NCBI GenBank assembly: GCA_016187465.1
Contig: JACPJQ010000004.1
Coordinates: 176,806-240,805, forward strand
Length of the DNA stretch: 64,000 nucleotides
Direction of reading: 5' to 3'
From: Candidatus Woesearchaeota archaeon
Lineage (GTDB): Archaea; Nanobdellota; Nanobdellia; Woesearchaeales; GW2011-AR4
Under the pieces are notes generated by a model, which searched no databases, was not told the DNA's origin, and saw only the letters and a program-made list of their open reading frames with translations. The translations under genes and the position numbers were made by a program. Positions 18,537 to 29,534 of the stretch are shown here, piece by piece; the stretch's first letter is position 1; each line of letters opens with the position of its first letter.

Positions 18537-19413
18537 AACAAGTTCATTTGGTGCATCAGCTAGATTAAGCCATGACTCTTCAGATTTTTATAATTCTAAG
18601 CTTTATAAAGAACAAAATGATAAAATAAAAAAACGAGTTTATATAGAAAATAAAATAAATCCTTCTATTATCAATAAAATTCACTTGAAAAGTAGTGAGA
18701 ATATGGAAGAATTACGTAACGAATCTATCCATTTAATGGTAACTTCACCACCCTACAATGTAGGCAAAGAATACGATGAAGATCTGAGCCTTGAAGAATA
18801 TAGATTACTATTAAAAAACGTTTTCACTGAAGTGTATCGCGTTTTAGTTCATGGTGGTAGAGCTTGTATAAACATAGCAAATGTTGGAAGAAAACCTTAC
18901 ATACCTTTACACGCTTATATCATAGAGGACATGCAAAAAATTGGATTTTTGATGAGGGGGGAAATTATTTGGGACAAGTCATCAAGTGCAGGTACATCAA
19001 CTGCTTGGGGTAGTTGGCAGTCTGCTACAAATCCTACATTAAGGGATACCCATGAATATATCTTGGTGTTTTCAAAGGAAAATTTTAATAGACATCCAAA
19101 TGGAAGAAAAAGCACTATAGACAAAGAAGAATTTTTAGAGTACACAAAAAGTGTATGGCGTTTTCCTGCAGAGTCCGCTAAAAGAGTAGGGCATCCTGCA
19201 CCATTCTCGTTAGAACTGCCAAGCAGATTAATAAAATTATACACTCTTGAAGGCGATGTAATTCTTGACCCTTTTATTGGTAGTGGTACTACAGCTATAG
19301 CAGCAAAACACCTTAATCGTAATTTTGTAGGTTACGAAATAAATAAAGAATATAAAAATTTAGCGGACAAAAGATTATTAAATGAATTCTCTCAGCAAAA
19401 GCTACTTCACTAA
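18523..19413 (+). CDS. beta-class amino DNA methyltransferase (probably m4C)
   Basis: TSPPY before HPAPF and DPFIGSGTT. Confidence 0.92.
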   Translation: MVKTKTSSFGASARLSHDSSDFYNSKLYKEQNDKIKKRVYIENKINPSIINKIHLKSSENMEELRNESIHLMVTSPPYNVGKEYDEDLSLEEYRLLLKNVFTEVYRVLVHGGRACINIANVGRKPYIPLHAYIIEDMQKIGFLMRGEIIWDKSSSAGTSTAWGSWQSATNPTLRDTHEYILVFSKENFNRHPNGRKSTIDKEEFLEYTKSVWRFPAESAKRVGHPAPFSLELPSRLIKLYTLEGDVILDPFIGSGTTAIAAKHLNRNFVGYEINKEYKNLADKRLLNEFSQQKLLH

Positions 19414-20007
19414 ATCTCTTAACCTTTCTGCAAAATCTGATAATTCCTTAAAATTTGTTACATCTATAAACTTGTCTACAATGTCCCCTTCAGCCAGAGC
19501 CATCATACAAGCAGAATTTCCAGATTTAGGTTTTACGTTTGTCACGATAAAAAATGGCACTTTCGCAAATACCCTTTTAAACTGATAGGCTTGGCAGATT
19601 CCTTTCTTCATTGTATCTGTTCTTAGCAATGCAGGTCTATCAGAACTTGCTGGGTCAGAGCCTTTTGCTTCTATACCACATATTATCTTACTCTCTTTAT
19701 AAAGTGCAAAATCCAATTCACCACCATCCACCATACAAGCTTTGGGAATTGAAACACTAGCGCTTAATTCAATTTTGTACTTATTCTTCATTAAATACCA
19801 AAAGGCATATTCAAACATATCCCCAGTTTTAGACGCTCTAGCTTGAAAATCTGTTATATTCAAGGCTTTAATCAACTCTTTAAAACAATTATTAAAAAAA
19901 TCCTTTAGAAGTTCTGAAGTATCTAAACTACTTTTATTATGGTTTTTTGTTATTATTGTCAAAAAGGTTGCTGGTATCTCCATTAAGTACCATCTTACAA
20001 GTGACAT
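19402..20007 (-). CDS. putative PD-(D/E)XK type II restriction endonuclease
   Basis: GDMFE...ELDF...IEAKG; convergent with and overlapping the MTase. Confidence 0.7.
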   Translation of the reverse strand: MSLVRWYLMEIPATFLTIITKNHNKSSLDTSELLKDFFNNCFKELIKALNITDFQARASKTGDMFEYAFWYLMKNKYKIELSASVSIPKACMVDGGELDFALYKESKIICGIEAKGSDPASSDRPALLRTDTMKKGICQAYQFKRVFAKVPFFIVTNVKPKSGNSACMMALAEGDIVDKFIDVTNFKELSDFAERLRDLVK

Positions 20008-20079
20008 ATATAAATATTACTTCAAAAACCAACTTTTTTCAACAACCTTTAAAAACCCTTATTTTTTGCTTCTTTACCT

Positions 20080-21261
20080 ATGAACCTAAAAGAGGAAGCG
20101 CTGAATCTGCACAGAGCCAATCATGGTAAATTAGCAACCAAATCAAAAGTAAAAGTTACAACAAAAGAAGACCTTAGTCTTGTCTATACCCCGGGCGTTG
20201 CAGAGGTTTGCAGGGAAATTGCCGCAAATAAAAGCACGGTTTATGATTACACGATGAAGGCCAATTCTGTTGCTGTTGTTACAGACGGCTCAGCTGTTCT
20301 CGGGCTTGGCGACATAGGGGCAGAGGCTTCTTTGCCTGTTATGGAAGGCAAGTGCATCCTTTTCAAGGAACTGGCTAATATAGATGCATTTCCAATCTGC
20401 CTCAGGACACAAAACGACAAGGAAATAATAAGCATAGTAAAAAATATAGCTCCTGCTTTTGGCGGGATGAATCTTGAGGATATATCGGCTCCAAGATGCT
20501 TTACCATAGAGAATGAGCTGCAACACATTGGAATTCCGGTGATGCATGACGACCAGCACGGCTCAGCTATTGTTGTGCTGGCAGCCTTGATAAACGCAGC
20601 AAAAGCTGTTGGCAAGCATATTGAAAACTTGAAAGTCGTTATAAATGGCGCAGGAGCTGCAGGAATGGCAACTGCCAAGCTGTTGATTTGCCTGGGCATA
20701 GACAAAAAGATTTGCACATGTGTAAGGGAGTTGGTGCTTTGTGACAGCAAGGGCATTATCTATGACGGCAGGCCAGACTTGAGCGAATTCAAGAAACAGA
20801 TGGCTAGGATAACCAATAGGTCAAAGAGGCAGGGCACATTAAAGAATGCTTTGGAAGGCGCTGATGTTTTTATAGGCTTGTCAAGGGGCAATTTACTCAC
20901 CGCTGAAGATTTGAAGGTGATGAACAAAGAAGCCATAGTTTTCGCTATGGCTAACCCAACTCCTGAGATATCGTTTGATGAGGCAATCAAAGTTGCAAAA
21001 GTTGTTGGTACGGGAAGAAGCGACTTTCCCAATCAAATCAACAATTCGCTGGCTTTCCCGGGGATTTTTAGGGGAGCTTTGGATGCAAAAGCAACAAAAA
21101 TAAACAGCGAGATGAAGATAGCTGCAGCGCATGCCATAGCAAACTGCGTAAAGCCGACAAAAGACAGGGTTTTGCCCTACACCCTAGACAAGATTGTTGT
21201 GCCGAAAGTGGCAGAGGCTGTTAAAAAGGCTGCAATGGACTCGGGCATTGTCAGGAAGTAA
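20080..21261 (+). CDS. NAD(P)-dependent malic enzyme
   Basis: VYTPGVA, MEGK, LEDI, HDDQHG, GAGAAG, MANP. Confidence 0.93.
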   Translation: MNLKEEALNLHRANHGKLATKSKVKVTTKEDLSLVYTPGVAEVCREIAANKSTVYDYTMKANSVAVVTDGSAVLGLGDIGAEASLPVMEGKCILFKELANIDAFPICLRTQNDKEIISIVKNIAPAFGGMNLEDISAPRCFTIENELQHIGIPVMHDDQHGSAIVVLAALINAAKAVGKHIENLKVVINGAGAAGMATAKLLICLGIDKKICTCVRELVLCDSKGIIYDGRPDLSEFKKQMARITNRSKRQGTLKNALEGADVFIGLSRGNLLTAEDLKVMNKEAIVFAMANPTPEISFDEAIKVAKVVGTGRSDFPNQINNSLAFPGIFRGALDAKATKINSEMKIAAAHAIANCVKPTKDRVLPYTLDKIVVPKVAEAVKKAAMDSGIVRK

Positions 21262-21450
21262 TCTCCTTCTAAAACGCAATAATTAAAAACACTGATAAAA
21301 ATTGTTTATTATTTTAAAAATTATTACTTAATGGCGAAATTAAATAATGCGCTGTGCAATCAGATAAATCATAATCAATTAAAATTAACTTTACATTAAA
21401 TAAAAACAATGCAAAATAACATATTGAAATCAATAAAAATAAAATAAAAA

Positions 21451-22812
21451 ATGCAATCATTTGATTTAATTGTCATTGGAGCAGGCTCGGGATTGAACGT
21501 TTCTTCTTCTGCTGCAGATATGGGAATGAAAGTGGCTGTTGTTGAGAAAGGCCCGATGGGCGGCACCTGCCTGAACAGGGGCTGCATTCCCTCGAAGATA
21601 ATAATTCACAGCGCAGATGTTGCCGAAACAATAAAAAAATCAAAATTGTTCGGGATAAACTCAAAAATTTCCTCTATTGACTTCAGAAAAATAACCGGCA
21701 GGGCTTCAGGCATAGTTGACAAAGAGGCAAAAGAGATAGAAGAAGCCATAAAAAACGACAAAAATACAACCTTGTTTAAGACAGAAGCAAAATTTATTTC
21801 TGAAAGAACTTTAAAGGTCGGAAATGGAACAATAAGTGGCGAAAAAGTAATCATTGCGGCAGGCACAAGGCCATTAATTCCAGATATAGAAGGATTAAAA
21901 AATGTTGATTTTGTAACCAGCGACGAAGCTTTAAGATTAAAAAAGCAGCCTAAGACAATGACAATACTTGGAGGCGGCTATATAGCTGCCGAGCTTGCCC
22001 ATTTTTACGGCTCTCTGGGAACCAAGGTAAACATTATTCAAAAAAGAAGATTACTGATCCCAAATGAAGACAAGGAAATAGCTGAAAAATTTACGGAAAT
22101 ATTCAGGAAAAAATATAATGTCTTAACAGAATGCAATGCAACAAAGATCTCAAAAAAAGGCAATAAGTTTATTGTTAATGCTGCAAGTAAAAATTCAAAT
22201 AAAAAACTTGTCTCAGATGCTTTGCTTGTTGCCGTCGGCAGGATTCCAAACACAGATATTCTGGATGTGAAGAAAGCAAATGTTGAGATTGATGATAAGG
22301 GGTTCATAAAAACAAATGATTATCTTGAGACAACCGCAAAAAATACATGGGCTTTGGGAGACATTGCCGGAAAATACCTTTTCAAGCACAGCGCTAACCT
22401 CGAAGCACAGTACGTTTACAATAATATTGTTCTGAACGAAAAATTAAAAGTGGATTACACAGCAATGCCGCATGCTATTTTTTCTTCCCCTCAAATTGCG
22501 GGAGTTGGCTTAAGGGAGCAGGACCTAAAGCAAAAAAGCATTGATTATGCTGCAGGGCGCTATGATTACATAGATTCCGGAATGGGCATTGCATTGCAGG
22601 ACAATAACGGCTTTGTAAAGATTTTCGCCGACAGGAAGACAAGAAAAATACTTGGCTGCCATATAATGGGCACAGACGCATCAACTCTAATCCATGAAGT
22701 CCTTGTTGCAATGAAAGCAAATTTAAATGCTGACTCAATCAGCAATGCAGTGCATATACATCCCGCACTGAGCGAGGTTGTGCAGAGGGCTGTAAGGAAT
22801 ATTGAATGGTAA
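21451..22812 (+). CDS. dihydrolipoamide dehydrogenase-family flavoprotein disulfide reductase
   Basis: GGTCLNRGCIPSK, GGGYI, HIHPALSE. Confidence 0.9.
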   Translation: MQSFDLIVIGAGSGLNVSSSAADMGMKVAVVEKGPMGGTCLNRGCIPSKIIIHSADVAETIKKSKLFGINSKISSIDFRKITGRASGIVDKEAKEIEEAIKNDKNTTLFKTEAKFISERTLKVGNGTISGEKVIIAAGTRPLIPDIEGLKNVDFVTSDEALRLKKQPKTMTILGGGYIAAELAHFYGSLGTKVNIIQKRRLLIPNEDKEIAEKFTEIFRKKYNVLTECNATKISKKGNKFIVNAASKNSNKKLVSDALLVAVGRIPNTDILDVKKANVEIDDKGFIKTNDYLETTAKNTWALGDIAGKYLFKHSANLEAQYVYNNIVLNEKLKVDYTAMPHAIFSSPQIAGVGLREQDLKQKSIDYAAGRYDYIDSGMGIALQDNNGFVKIFADRKTRKILGCHIMGTDASTLIHEVLVAMKANLNADSISNAVHIHPALSEVVQRAVRNIEW

Positions 22813-22952
22813 ACTATTTAGAATTAAACAGAAAATGTTGCAGAGTATAATTAAAATATACCTGTGCCTAATACAAATCATCAAAAAATTCCAACTTAAA
22901 GCACCGCAAAACTTAAATACTCCCAAATCAGGAATGGATATTCTGGTTGATT

Positions 22953-23207
22953 ATGGAAGAAATGCAGGTCGGTAAAGTAACACATTATTTTGCGAAGATA
23001 GGCGTGGCAGTGATTGAAGTTACAGGCGGCAGCATCAAAGTCGGCGATGAAATACACTTGAAAGGCCACACGACTGACTTCAAGCAGAAAGTTGATTCAA
23101 TGCAGATTGAGCACGAAAAGCTGGAGATTGCCGAGCCTGGCCAGTCAGTCGGAATAAAAGTCGAAGAGCCTGCAAGAGCTAATGATTTGGTTTACAAAGA
23201 AATTTAA
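22953..23207 (+). CDS. small EF-Tu domain II-like beta-barrel protein
   Basis: VGKVTHYF...IKVGD...SMQIEH...GQSVGIKV. Confidence 0.8.
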   Translation: MEEMQVGKVTHYFAKIGVAVIEVTGGSIKVGDEIHLKGHTTDFKQKVDSMQIEHEKLEIAEPGQSVGIKVEEPARANDLVYKEI

Positions 23208-24430
23208 TTTTTGGCATTAATCTCTAAATATTGTTTTACTGACAGCTTGAATACGATAGGCGCAACAAAAGTGCTGACAATCGCAACTGTGATTATTGCG
23301 GTAAATATGTCCACATTTATCAGGCCTGCATTGAGCGCAAGCGTTGCTATGACAAGCTCTGTATCGCCTTTTGGGGACACGCCCCATCCGACAATCAGGC
23401 CTTCCTCCAATGTGCCCTTGCCCATCATAACCCCGATTACAGTGCCGCCTATGGTTCCAATGAAGTTTATCAGTATCAGCACAATGACTAAAATAAGATT
23501 TGACGAAATTGCAAAAATATCGGTATTCAGCCCAACGCTGACAAAAAATATGGGTATCAGGAACCCGAAAGAAATTATATGAATTGAGTGGGAAATCTCA
23601 TTTCTTCTCCATGGCCTTCGGTCCTCTCCTGTCAGCAGGGTCTGCCGTATAAGCATGCCGGCTATTAACGCGCCCAGCAGCGAGCCAATTCCTATTACTT
23701 CTGACACATAAGCCATTAAAAGCACTATTATGAGCGCGCCCATGAAGAGCGTAGCCTGGGATTTCTCCTTTTCAAACATATTCAGCACTGTGGGGATTAA
23801 TGAAACCCTGAACAGGATAACCATAAGTATGAAGCTCAATATGTCAAATCCAATCTTTAAAAAGTTAGTTTCTCCCGAGAGAGTCGTGTGAAACACAATG
23901 AGGAGTATGCTGATTATCACCAGCTCAAACACATCGTCGACTGTTCCGGAAGTCACTATCAGATTGCCTATCTTGCTTTTTAACAAATTTAATTCCTCCA
24001 GTATGTCCAGAGATATAGCCTGTGAACTCACAGAAAGGGAAATGGCTATTATCAGCGATGTGGTGTTATTGAAATGAAACGCAAACTTTGAGAAAAAAAA
24101 CCCGGCTGACAAGGGCACCAATGTGTTGAACAGGGAGATAAAAGACGCTTTTTTGTAATTTTTCCTGAATTTTTTAAGGTCTATCTCCAGGCCCACAAAG
24201 AAAAAAAGAAGGATTATCCCTATGTTCGAGATAAAGGAAAACACAGACAGGGCCTCCTGGGTAAAAAAATAATTCTTTATGACGGGAAATCCCAGTATTA
24301 TTCCTGCTAAAATCTGTCCGACCACCCTTGGCAGGTTGAAACGCCGGAAAATCTCAGAAACGGCATACGCCAGACTTAGCGATACAAGCACTACCAAAAG
24401 AATGTCCGGCATAAAAAATGAGCTGTTCAT
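23204..24430 (-). CDS. cation:proton antiporter (CPA2)
   Basis: LPRVVGQILAGIILG, GLEID, TVDD, PIFFVSVGL, PKGD. Confidence 0.9.
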   Translation of the reverse strand: MNSSFFMPDILLVVLVSLSLAYAVSEIFRRFNLPRVVGQILAGIILGFPVIKNYFFTQEALSVFSFISNIGIILLFFFVGLEIDLKKFRKNYKKASFISLFNTLVPLSAGFFFSKFAFHFNNTTSLIIAISLSVSSQAISLDILEELNLLKSKIGNLIVTSGTVDDVFELVIISILLIVFHTTLSGETNFLKIGFDILSFILMVILFRVSLIPTVLNMFEKEKSQATLFMGALIIVLLMAYVSEVIGIGSLLGALIAGMLIRQTLLTGEDRRPWRRNEISHSIHIISFGFLIPIFFVSVGLNTDIFAISSNLILVIVLILINFIGTIGGTVIGVMMGKGTLEEGLIVGWGVSPKGDTELVIATLALNAGLINVDIFTAIITVAIVSTFVAPIVFKLSVKQYLEINAKN

Positions 24431-24485
24431 TATAATATCCTAATTCAGCTTTTGGTATATATAGTTTTCTCTTCAGGAAAGCAGA

Positions 24486-25112
24486 TCATCTTAGACAGCC
24501 TTTGACTTCCTCGTCGCTTAATTGAGGAAATTCGTCATAAAACTGGCCAATGGCAAAAAACCTATCTGCAGAATGCAGGCAGACAAACTTGTCTACATCT
24601 TTTTTTATGTCTTCGTTAAATCTTGAGGGAGCTACAGGCACGGCCAAAATTATTTTTTTCGGATTTTTTGATTTAATGTAGCTTATGGCTGCTTTTGCTG
24701 TGAATCCGGTTGCTATGCCGTCATCAGTTAATATGATGGTTTTGCCCTTCAGATTTTGCAGCTCGTATTTTCCCTTGTAAGCCTTGTACCTCCTTTCTAT
24801 TTCCTTGCCTATCTCCCGTGCCATTTCGTGTATCTGCTCTTCGGAAACATTATATACCTTCACAGTTGCCTCGTCAAGTATGACTTTTTTGTCAGGGCCT
24901 ACAGAGCCGATTGCAAATTCTTCATTTCCCGGCAAACCTATTTTTTTAGTTACAATCACATCCAGCTTTACCTTTAAGGACTTTGCAATCTCATATCCAA
25001 CCTCTACACCGCCTCTTGGAATGGCGAGCACTATGGCAGCTTTTTCATTCCTGTAGTCTTTTAATTTCTCGGCAAGCATCATTCCTGCTTCACGGCGGTT
25101 TTTGAAGTGCAT
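24486..25112 (-). CDS. phosphoribosyltransferase-family protein
   Basis: AIPRGGV, LTDDGIATG, AIGQFY. Confidence 0.9.
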   Translation of the reverse strand: MHFKNRREAGMMLAEKLKDYRNEKAAIVLAIPRGGVEVGYEIAKSLKVKLDVIVTKKIGLPGNEEFAIGSVGPDKKVILDEATVKVYNVSEEQIHEMAREIGKEIERRYKAYKGKYELQNLKGKTIILTDDGIATGFTAKAAISYIKSKNPKKIILAVPVAPSRFNEDIKKDVDKFVCLHSADRFFAIGQFYDEFPQLSDEEVKGCLR

Positions 25113-25194
25113 ATCTGGATTATTTATTTTTGGACTATTTATACTTATTTAAAACCAATAACTTTTTAATTGAATAATTATTTTTGTGCTGATT

Positions 25195-27723
25195 ATGCCA
25201 ACTGACAAAGAAATAAAAAAAGAATTTAAAATAAAGGCTTCCAAAGAGCCTGATAATTATTACGCCACTTCTGTGCTGAAGGCAGAAGGGTTCAGCAGGA
25301 AGAAATGCATAAAATGCGGCACTTTCTTCTGGTCCGTAACCCATAGTGATGTTTGCGGCAATCCTGCATGTTCAGGGGGCTTCAGGTTTATCGGCGATAC
25401 TCCGGCCAAAAAAAAGCTTGATTACATAGAAGTATGGGAAGAATTCTCAAGGCTTTTCAAGAAATGGGGATACACTCCAATAAAGCGCTATCCTGTTGTT
25501 GCAAGGTGGCGTGATGATACTGATTTTGTGCAGGCATCTATCTATGATTTCCAGCCTTATGTCGTTTCAGGAGAAGTAGAGCCGCCTGCCAATCCATTGG
25601 TTGTGCCCCAGATGTGCCTGAGATTTAATGATATTGATAATATTGGAATCACAGGCGCTCATTATTGTGCTTTTGTCATGATCGGACAGCATGCTTTCAT
25701 GAAGCCAAAAGACTGGGACCAGGCAAAATATTTTACAGACATCCATAATTGGCTGAAGCAGGGGCTTGGATTGAACAATGAGGAAATAAGTTTTCATGAG
25801 GATGCATGGGCCGGCGGAGGCAATTTCGGGCCTTGCATGGAATACTTTTCAAGGGGCTTGGAACTTGGCAACCAAGTTTACATGATGTTCGAGCAGACTC
25901 CAGCTGGCTACAAGGAATTGAGCCTTAAAGTCCTTGACATGGGGATGGGCCATGAACGGAACTCATGGTTCACGCAGGGAAAATCGACAAGCTATGAAAC
26001 AACTTTTCCAAGCGTAGTGAAAAAGCTTTATTCTGCAACCGGAATAAAGGTAAATGAGGATATGATGCAGAAATTCCTTCCTTATTCTTCATATTTGAAT
26101 ATAGACGAGGTAGAAAACATTGATGCTGTTTGGAATGATGTCGCCAAGAAAACTGGATATGGAATTGAGGAATTAAAAAAACACATTCTTGAACTTGCAG
26201 CCCTTTATTCAATCGCCGAGCATTCACGGGCTTTACTGGTTGCTTTAAGCGACGGGGCTTTGCCCAGCAATGTAGGGGGCGGCTATAATTTAAGGGCGAT
26301 TTTGAGAAGGGCGCTTTCTTTTATCGACCAGTACAAGTGGAATATAAGCTTGCCTGACGTTTGCAAATGGCATGCTGAATACTTAAAGCCGTTATTTCCC
26401 GAACTGAATGAAAATCTAGATGAGGTTGCGAAAATTCTGGAAGTCGAGAAAAGCAAGTACGAAGCAACAAAGCAAAAAACACATTCAATGATTTCAAAAC
26501 TGGTGAAGGAGGAAATTGACGATAAAAAATTATTGCTTTTGTATGACAGCTACGGCATCACGCCTGAGATTGTGAGGGGGGAATCGCTAAAACTCGGAAG
26601 GAAAATCGACGTGCCTGAAAATTTCTACGCAAGGGTAGCTGAGCTGCACGAAACACAAGAGCAGGAGCACGCGACAGGAAGGGAGGAAAAATTAAATCTT
26701 GATGGCGTGCCTGAGACCAAAGCATTGTACTATTTTGATTACGCGCAAACAAAGTTCAAAGCAAAAGTCATTGAAATTATTGACCGCAATTTAATTCTAA
26801 ATAAAACTTATTTCTATCCGACAAGCGGCGGGCAGCTCCATGATTTAGGCAACATTAATGGTCAAAATGTTATTGATGTCTTCAAGCAAGGCGGAGTGAT
26901 TGTGCATGTGCTGAGACAAAAACCTGATTTCAAAAAAGGAGATGATGTTAATTGCGAGATTGACACTGAGAGGAGAATGCAGCTGGCAAAGCACCACACA
27001 TCAACACATATTGTAAATGCCGCCGCAAGGAAAGTTCTCGGCAACCATATCAACCAGGCAGGCGCAAAAAAGGACATTGACAGGGCAACGATTGATTTGA
27101 CGCATTTCCAAAGCATTACAGATGAGGAGCTTGAGCAGATTGAGAAAGAAGCCAATAAAATTGTTAAAGAATCAATACATGTGCAGAGCAGCTTTGTGCC
27201 GAGAACAGAGGCTGAGCAGACTTACGGAATGGGCATTTACCAAGGAGGCGCAGTGCCCGGCAAATTGCTTAGGATAGTTAACATACCAAACATTGATGTG
27301 GAAGCCTGCGGCGGCACTCATTTAAAAAATACCTCTGAAGCAGGAGAAATCAAGATTTTGAAAGCAACTAAAATAAGCGACGGCATTGTAAGGCTTTACT
27401 TCGCTGCAGGAGAGGCTGCCCACAAGGAAATCAAAAGGGAAAAAGAAATTTTGGAGGAGGCTGCAAAATTATTGAATGTTAATCTCAATCAATTGCCTTC
27501 AGGGGTTGAAGAATTATTTAGCAAATGGAAGATTGCAAAAAAATCAATTGAAAAGAAAAAACAAATTGATGTAAAGCAATTGGAATTGACAAAAAAAGAA
27601 GAATTTAAAGGCGATATTCTTGACAAGGTTTCTGAAATATTGAAAACACAGCCCGAGCATGTAGTCAAGACTGTCAAGAGGTTTTTGAATGAATTGGGGG
27701 AGATGAAGGGGAAGATAAAATAA
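25195..27723 (+). CDS. alaS: alanyl-tRNA synthetase (archaeal type)
   Basis: ASIYDFQP, DMGMGHER, editing motifs HHTSTH and CGGTH; short C-terminus. Confidence 0.95.
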   Translation: MPTDKEIKKEFKIKASKEPDNYYATSVLKAEGFSRKKCIKCGTFFWSVTHSDVCGNPACSGGFRFIGDTPAKKKLDYIEVWEEFSRLFKKWGYTPIKRYPVVARWRDDTDFVQASIYDFQPYVVSGEVEPPANPLVVPQMCLRFNDIDNIGITGAHYCAFVMIGQHAFMKPKDWDQAKYFTDIHNWLKQGLGLNNEEISFHEDAWAGGGNFGPCMEYFSRGLELGNQVYMMFEQTPAGYKELSLKVLDMGMGHERNSWFTQGKSTSYETTFPSVVKKLYSATGIKVNEDMMQKFLPYSSYLNIDEVENIDAVWNDVAKKTGYGIEELKKHILELAALYSIAEHSRALLVALSDGALPSNVGGGYNLRAILRRALSFIDQYKWNISLPDVCKWHAEYLKPLFPELNENLDEVAKILEVEKSKYEATKQKTHSMISKLVKEEIDDKKLLLLYDSYGITPEIVRGESLKLGRKIDVPENFYARVAELHETQEQEHATGREEKLNLDGVPETKALYYFDYAQTKFKAKVIEIIDRNLILNKTYFYPTSGGQLHDLGNINGQNVIDVFKQGGVIVHVLRQKPDFKKGDDVNCEIDTERRMQLAKHHTSTHIVNAAARKVLGNHINQAGAKKDIDRATIDLTHFQSITDEELEQIEKEANKIVKESIHVQSSFVPRTEAEQTYGMGIYQGGAVPGKLLRIVNIPNIDVEACGGTHLKNTSEAGEIKILKATKISDGIVRLYFAAGEAAHKEIKREKEILEEAAKLLNVNLNQLPSGVEELFSKWKIAKKSIEKKKQIDVKQLELTKKEEFKGDILDKVSEILKTQPEHVVKTVKRFLNELGEMKGKIK

Positions 27724-27729
27724 AGTTAT

Positions 27730-28041
27730 TTACAATGATATTCTTCTAGTTGATGGTCTTAAACTTTTCTTTATCTTCTCATACAATATCTCTGCTCCTT
27801 TTTCATAATCATGCCACGGGAATCTGAATTCAAGTTGCTTGCAATTATAAATCAACTTTACCGAAATTAAATAAACTCCTTCCATACTCATAATTTCAGC
27901 TTTAACGTTTCTTATAGCCATGTCACTAAGTTTTTGCTCTAATCCGAATTCAACCTCCTTTTCATTAAGTGGTGCTCTTATACGTTTAGGTTCAAATTCT
28001 CCAAAACTTATTCCATATAATCCGTTATCGTCTGACTCCAT
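27730..28041 (-). CDS. hypothetical protein
   Basis: 103-aa ORF with GAGGG RBS-like sequence. Confidence 0.5.
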   Translation of the reverse strand: MESDDNGLYGISFGEFEPKRIRAPLNEKEVEFGLEQKLSDMAIRNVKAEIMSMEGVYLISVKLIYNCKQLEFRFPWHDYEKGAEILYEKIKKSLRPSTRRISL

Positions 28042-28252
28042 TTTTATCCCTCACATCATTTTTCCGTCAGCACATCTAGAACTTAGACAAGCTCAGATTC
28101 AAGACCCACCAAGAATATGCCAACTCTTTTTGGGTCTTACAATAGTAATAGAAGCAATAGGCATAGGGCTAACAAACTCAATGCAGAAATTTTGCTTAAC
28201 TTTGTGTTAGTCATCTTGATAGTTGGAATACTGCAGTTATATTTAAATGTTT

Positions 28253-29500
28253 TTATATGTATTGAATTAATTTTTTTTGTTGTTTGATGTTCTTTAACAA
28301 TCTGCTCTCAGTCAGCAAATAATCAGCATTGTAATTGAAGCTTCTCTTGACTAATTTTCTTGCATACTCCAGCATCAGCTCTTTTGAAGAAAATTCTAGC
28401 GGTTTATTAGCAACTGCTTTGCGCGTAGCTTCACGGGTGCACCACACACCTAAAGGCATTGTATATTCATCCGTTATAAACCTCAAAGCCAAGACAGAAG
28501 CCTGTCTTTTCATTTCTTTCAATTTTTCCAGGATTCCAAGCCTTACAGTGTAATAACCGCCTGCTGTGCCTGATGCATATTCTTTCCTTCCGTAATGGCT
28601 TTCATAATCAGTGCTGAACCTCAACGGCTTGCTGAAATTCCAGTTGGATGGCACGTAAGTCTCAAATAGCTCATAGCTCCAAATCTCTGGGAATATCAAA
28701 ATAAGGTAATAATTGCCAAGATAATTCCCAAAAAACGCAAAATAAGAATTAATCTCATTATAATGCTTGATTTCCTTAATCAGATTTTTTCCAATAATGT
28801 CGTCGGTGGCTGTTATGCTCCATCTTGTCGGCACTAATTTTCTGTCTTTTTTCAATCCCAAGGTTCCGACGCTTAAAATCCTGCTTAGAAAATTCTCGTC
28901 AAAATCATTCTGATAAAGGTAATTCACAGCATCATAAGCCTTCAGGTCATTGTCCTCAAACACCTTGTACACTTTGGTGTGTATTTTTGGATTTTCTGTT
29001 ATTTTTGCCTTCTTTAATTTTGCATTCGGGCCAGTGGGGGCCATGTGCGAGTCCATGTTCAGCCTGAATTTCGGCTTTTCCTGCAGCTCAATGTCAACAT
29101 CAACCGGCTTGGAGGACATTGCAATATCCTGGGACACTTCCAATAAGTTAATTCGTTTTTTTATATTGATGTTATACCTTGAATTGAGCAAAGAACTCCT
29201 GAAATCAACAATCTTTGGTATTTCAAACTGCTGGGAAGCCCAGTATTTTGGAGCGTCGTAAACCCATGCCTCATCATTTTGCTCAGGAGGTGCAAGAATG
29301 CCGACATTTACGTACGGGTAGCCAAACCTTCCGACAAAAGGCGCAACACCGTCGCTTGTAAACTCTTCCTTCTGTACTATTTTTTTAACCCTGAAAAATG
29401 CATTGTTTCTTGCACAGATTGGGCACTTGCCTTTTCCGCAGTCTCCTAGAGGATCGTAGCCTTTGTGCTGCCTGAATGGTATTTGCATGAAAACAAACAA
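28253..29500 (-). CDS. nreA: Nre-family archaeal DNA repair protein
   Basis: FVGRFGYP, LVPTRWSITATDD, GGYY, PLGVW; C-terminal PIP-like QKKLIQYI. Confidence 0.88.
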   Translation of the reverse strand: MFVFMQIPFRQHKGYDPLGDCGKGKCPICARNNAFFRVKKIVQKEEFTSDGVAPFVGRFGYPYVNVGILAPPEQNDEAWVYDAPKYWASQQFEIPKIVDFRSSLLNSRYNINIKKRINLLEVSQDIAMSSKPVDVDIELQEKPKFRLNMDSHMAPTGPNAKLKKAKITENPKIHTKVYKVFEDNDLKAYDAVNYLYQNDFDENFLSRILSVGTLGLKKDRKLVPTRWSITATDDIIGKNLIKEIKHYNEINSYFAFFGNYLGNYYLILIFPEIWSYELFETYVPSNWNFSKPLRFSTDYESHYGRKEYASGTAGGYYTVRLGILEKLKEMKRQASVLALRFITDEYTMPLGVWCTREATRKAVANKPLEFSSKELMLEYARKLVKRSFNYNADYLLTESRLLKNIKQQKKLIQYI

Positions 29501-29534
29501 TGAAAGAACTAATATAAAGATTTTGTTTATCTTA

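Noticed and set aside
18200-20000. Terminal repeats bounding the R-M cassette (TAAGATGG / CCATCTTA)
   Set aside because: Only 8 bp, with no TSD or mobility gene; expected by chance.
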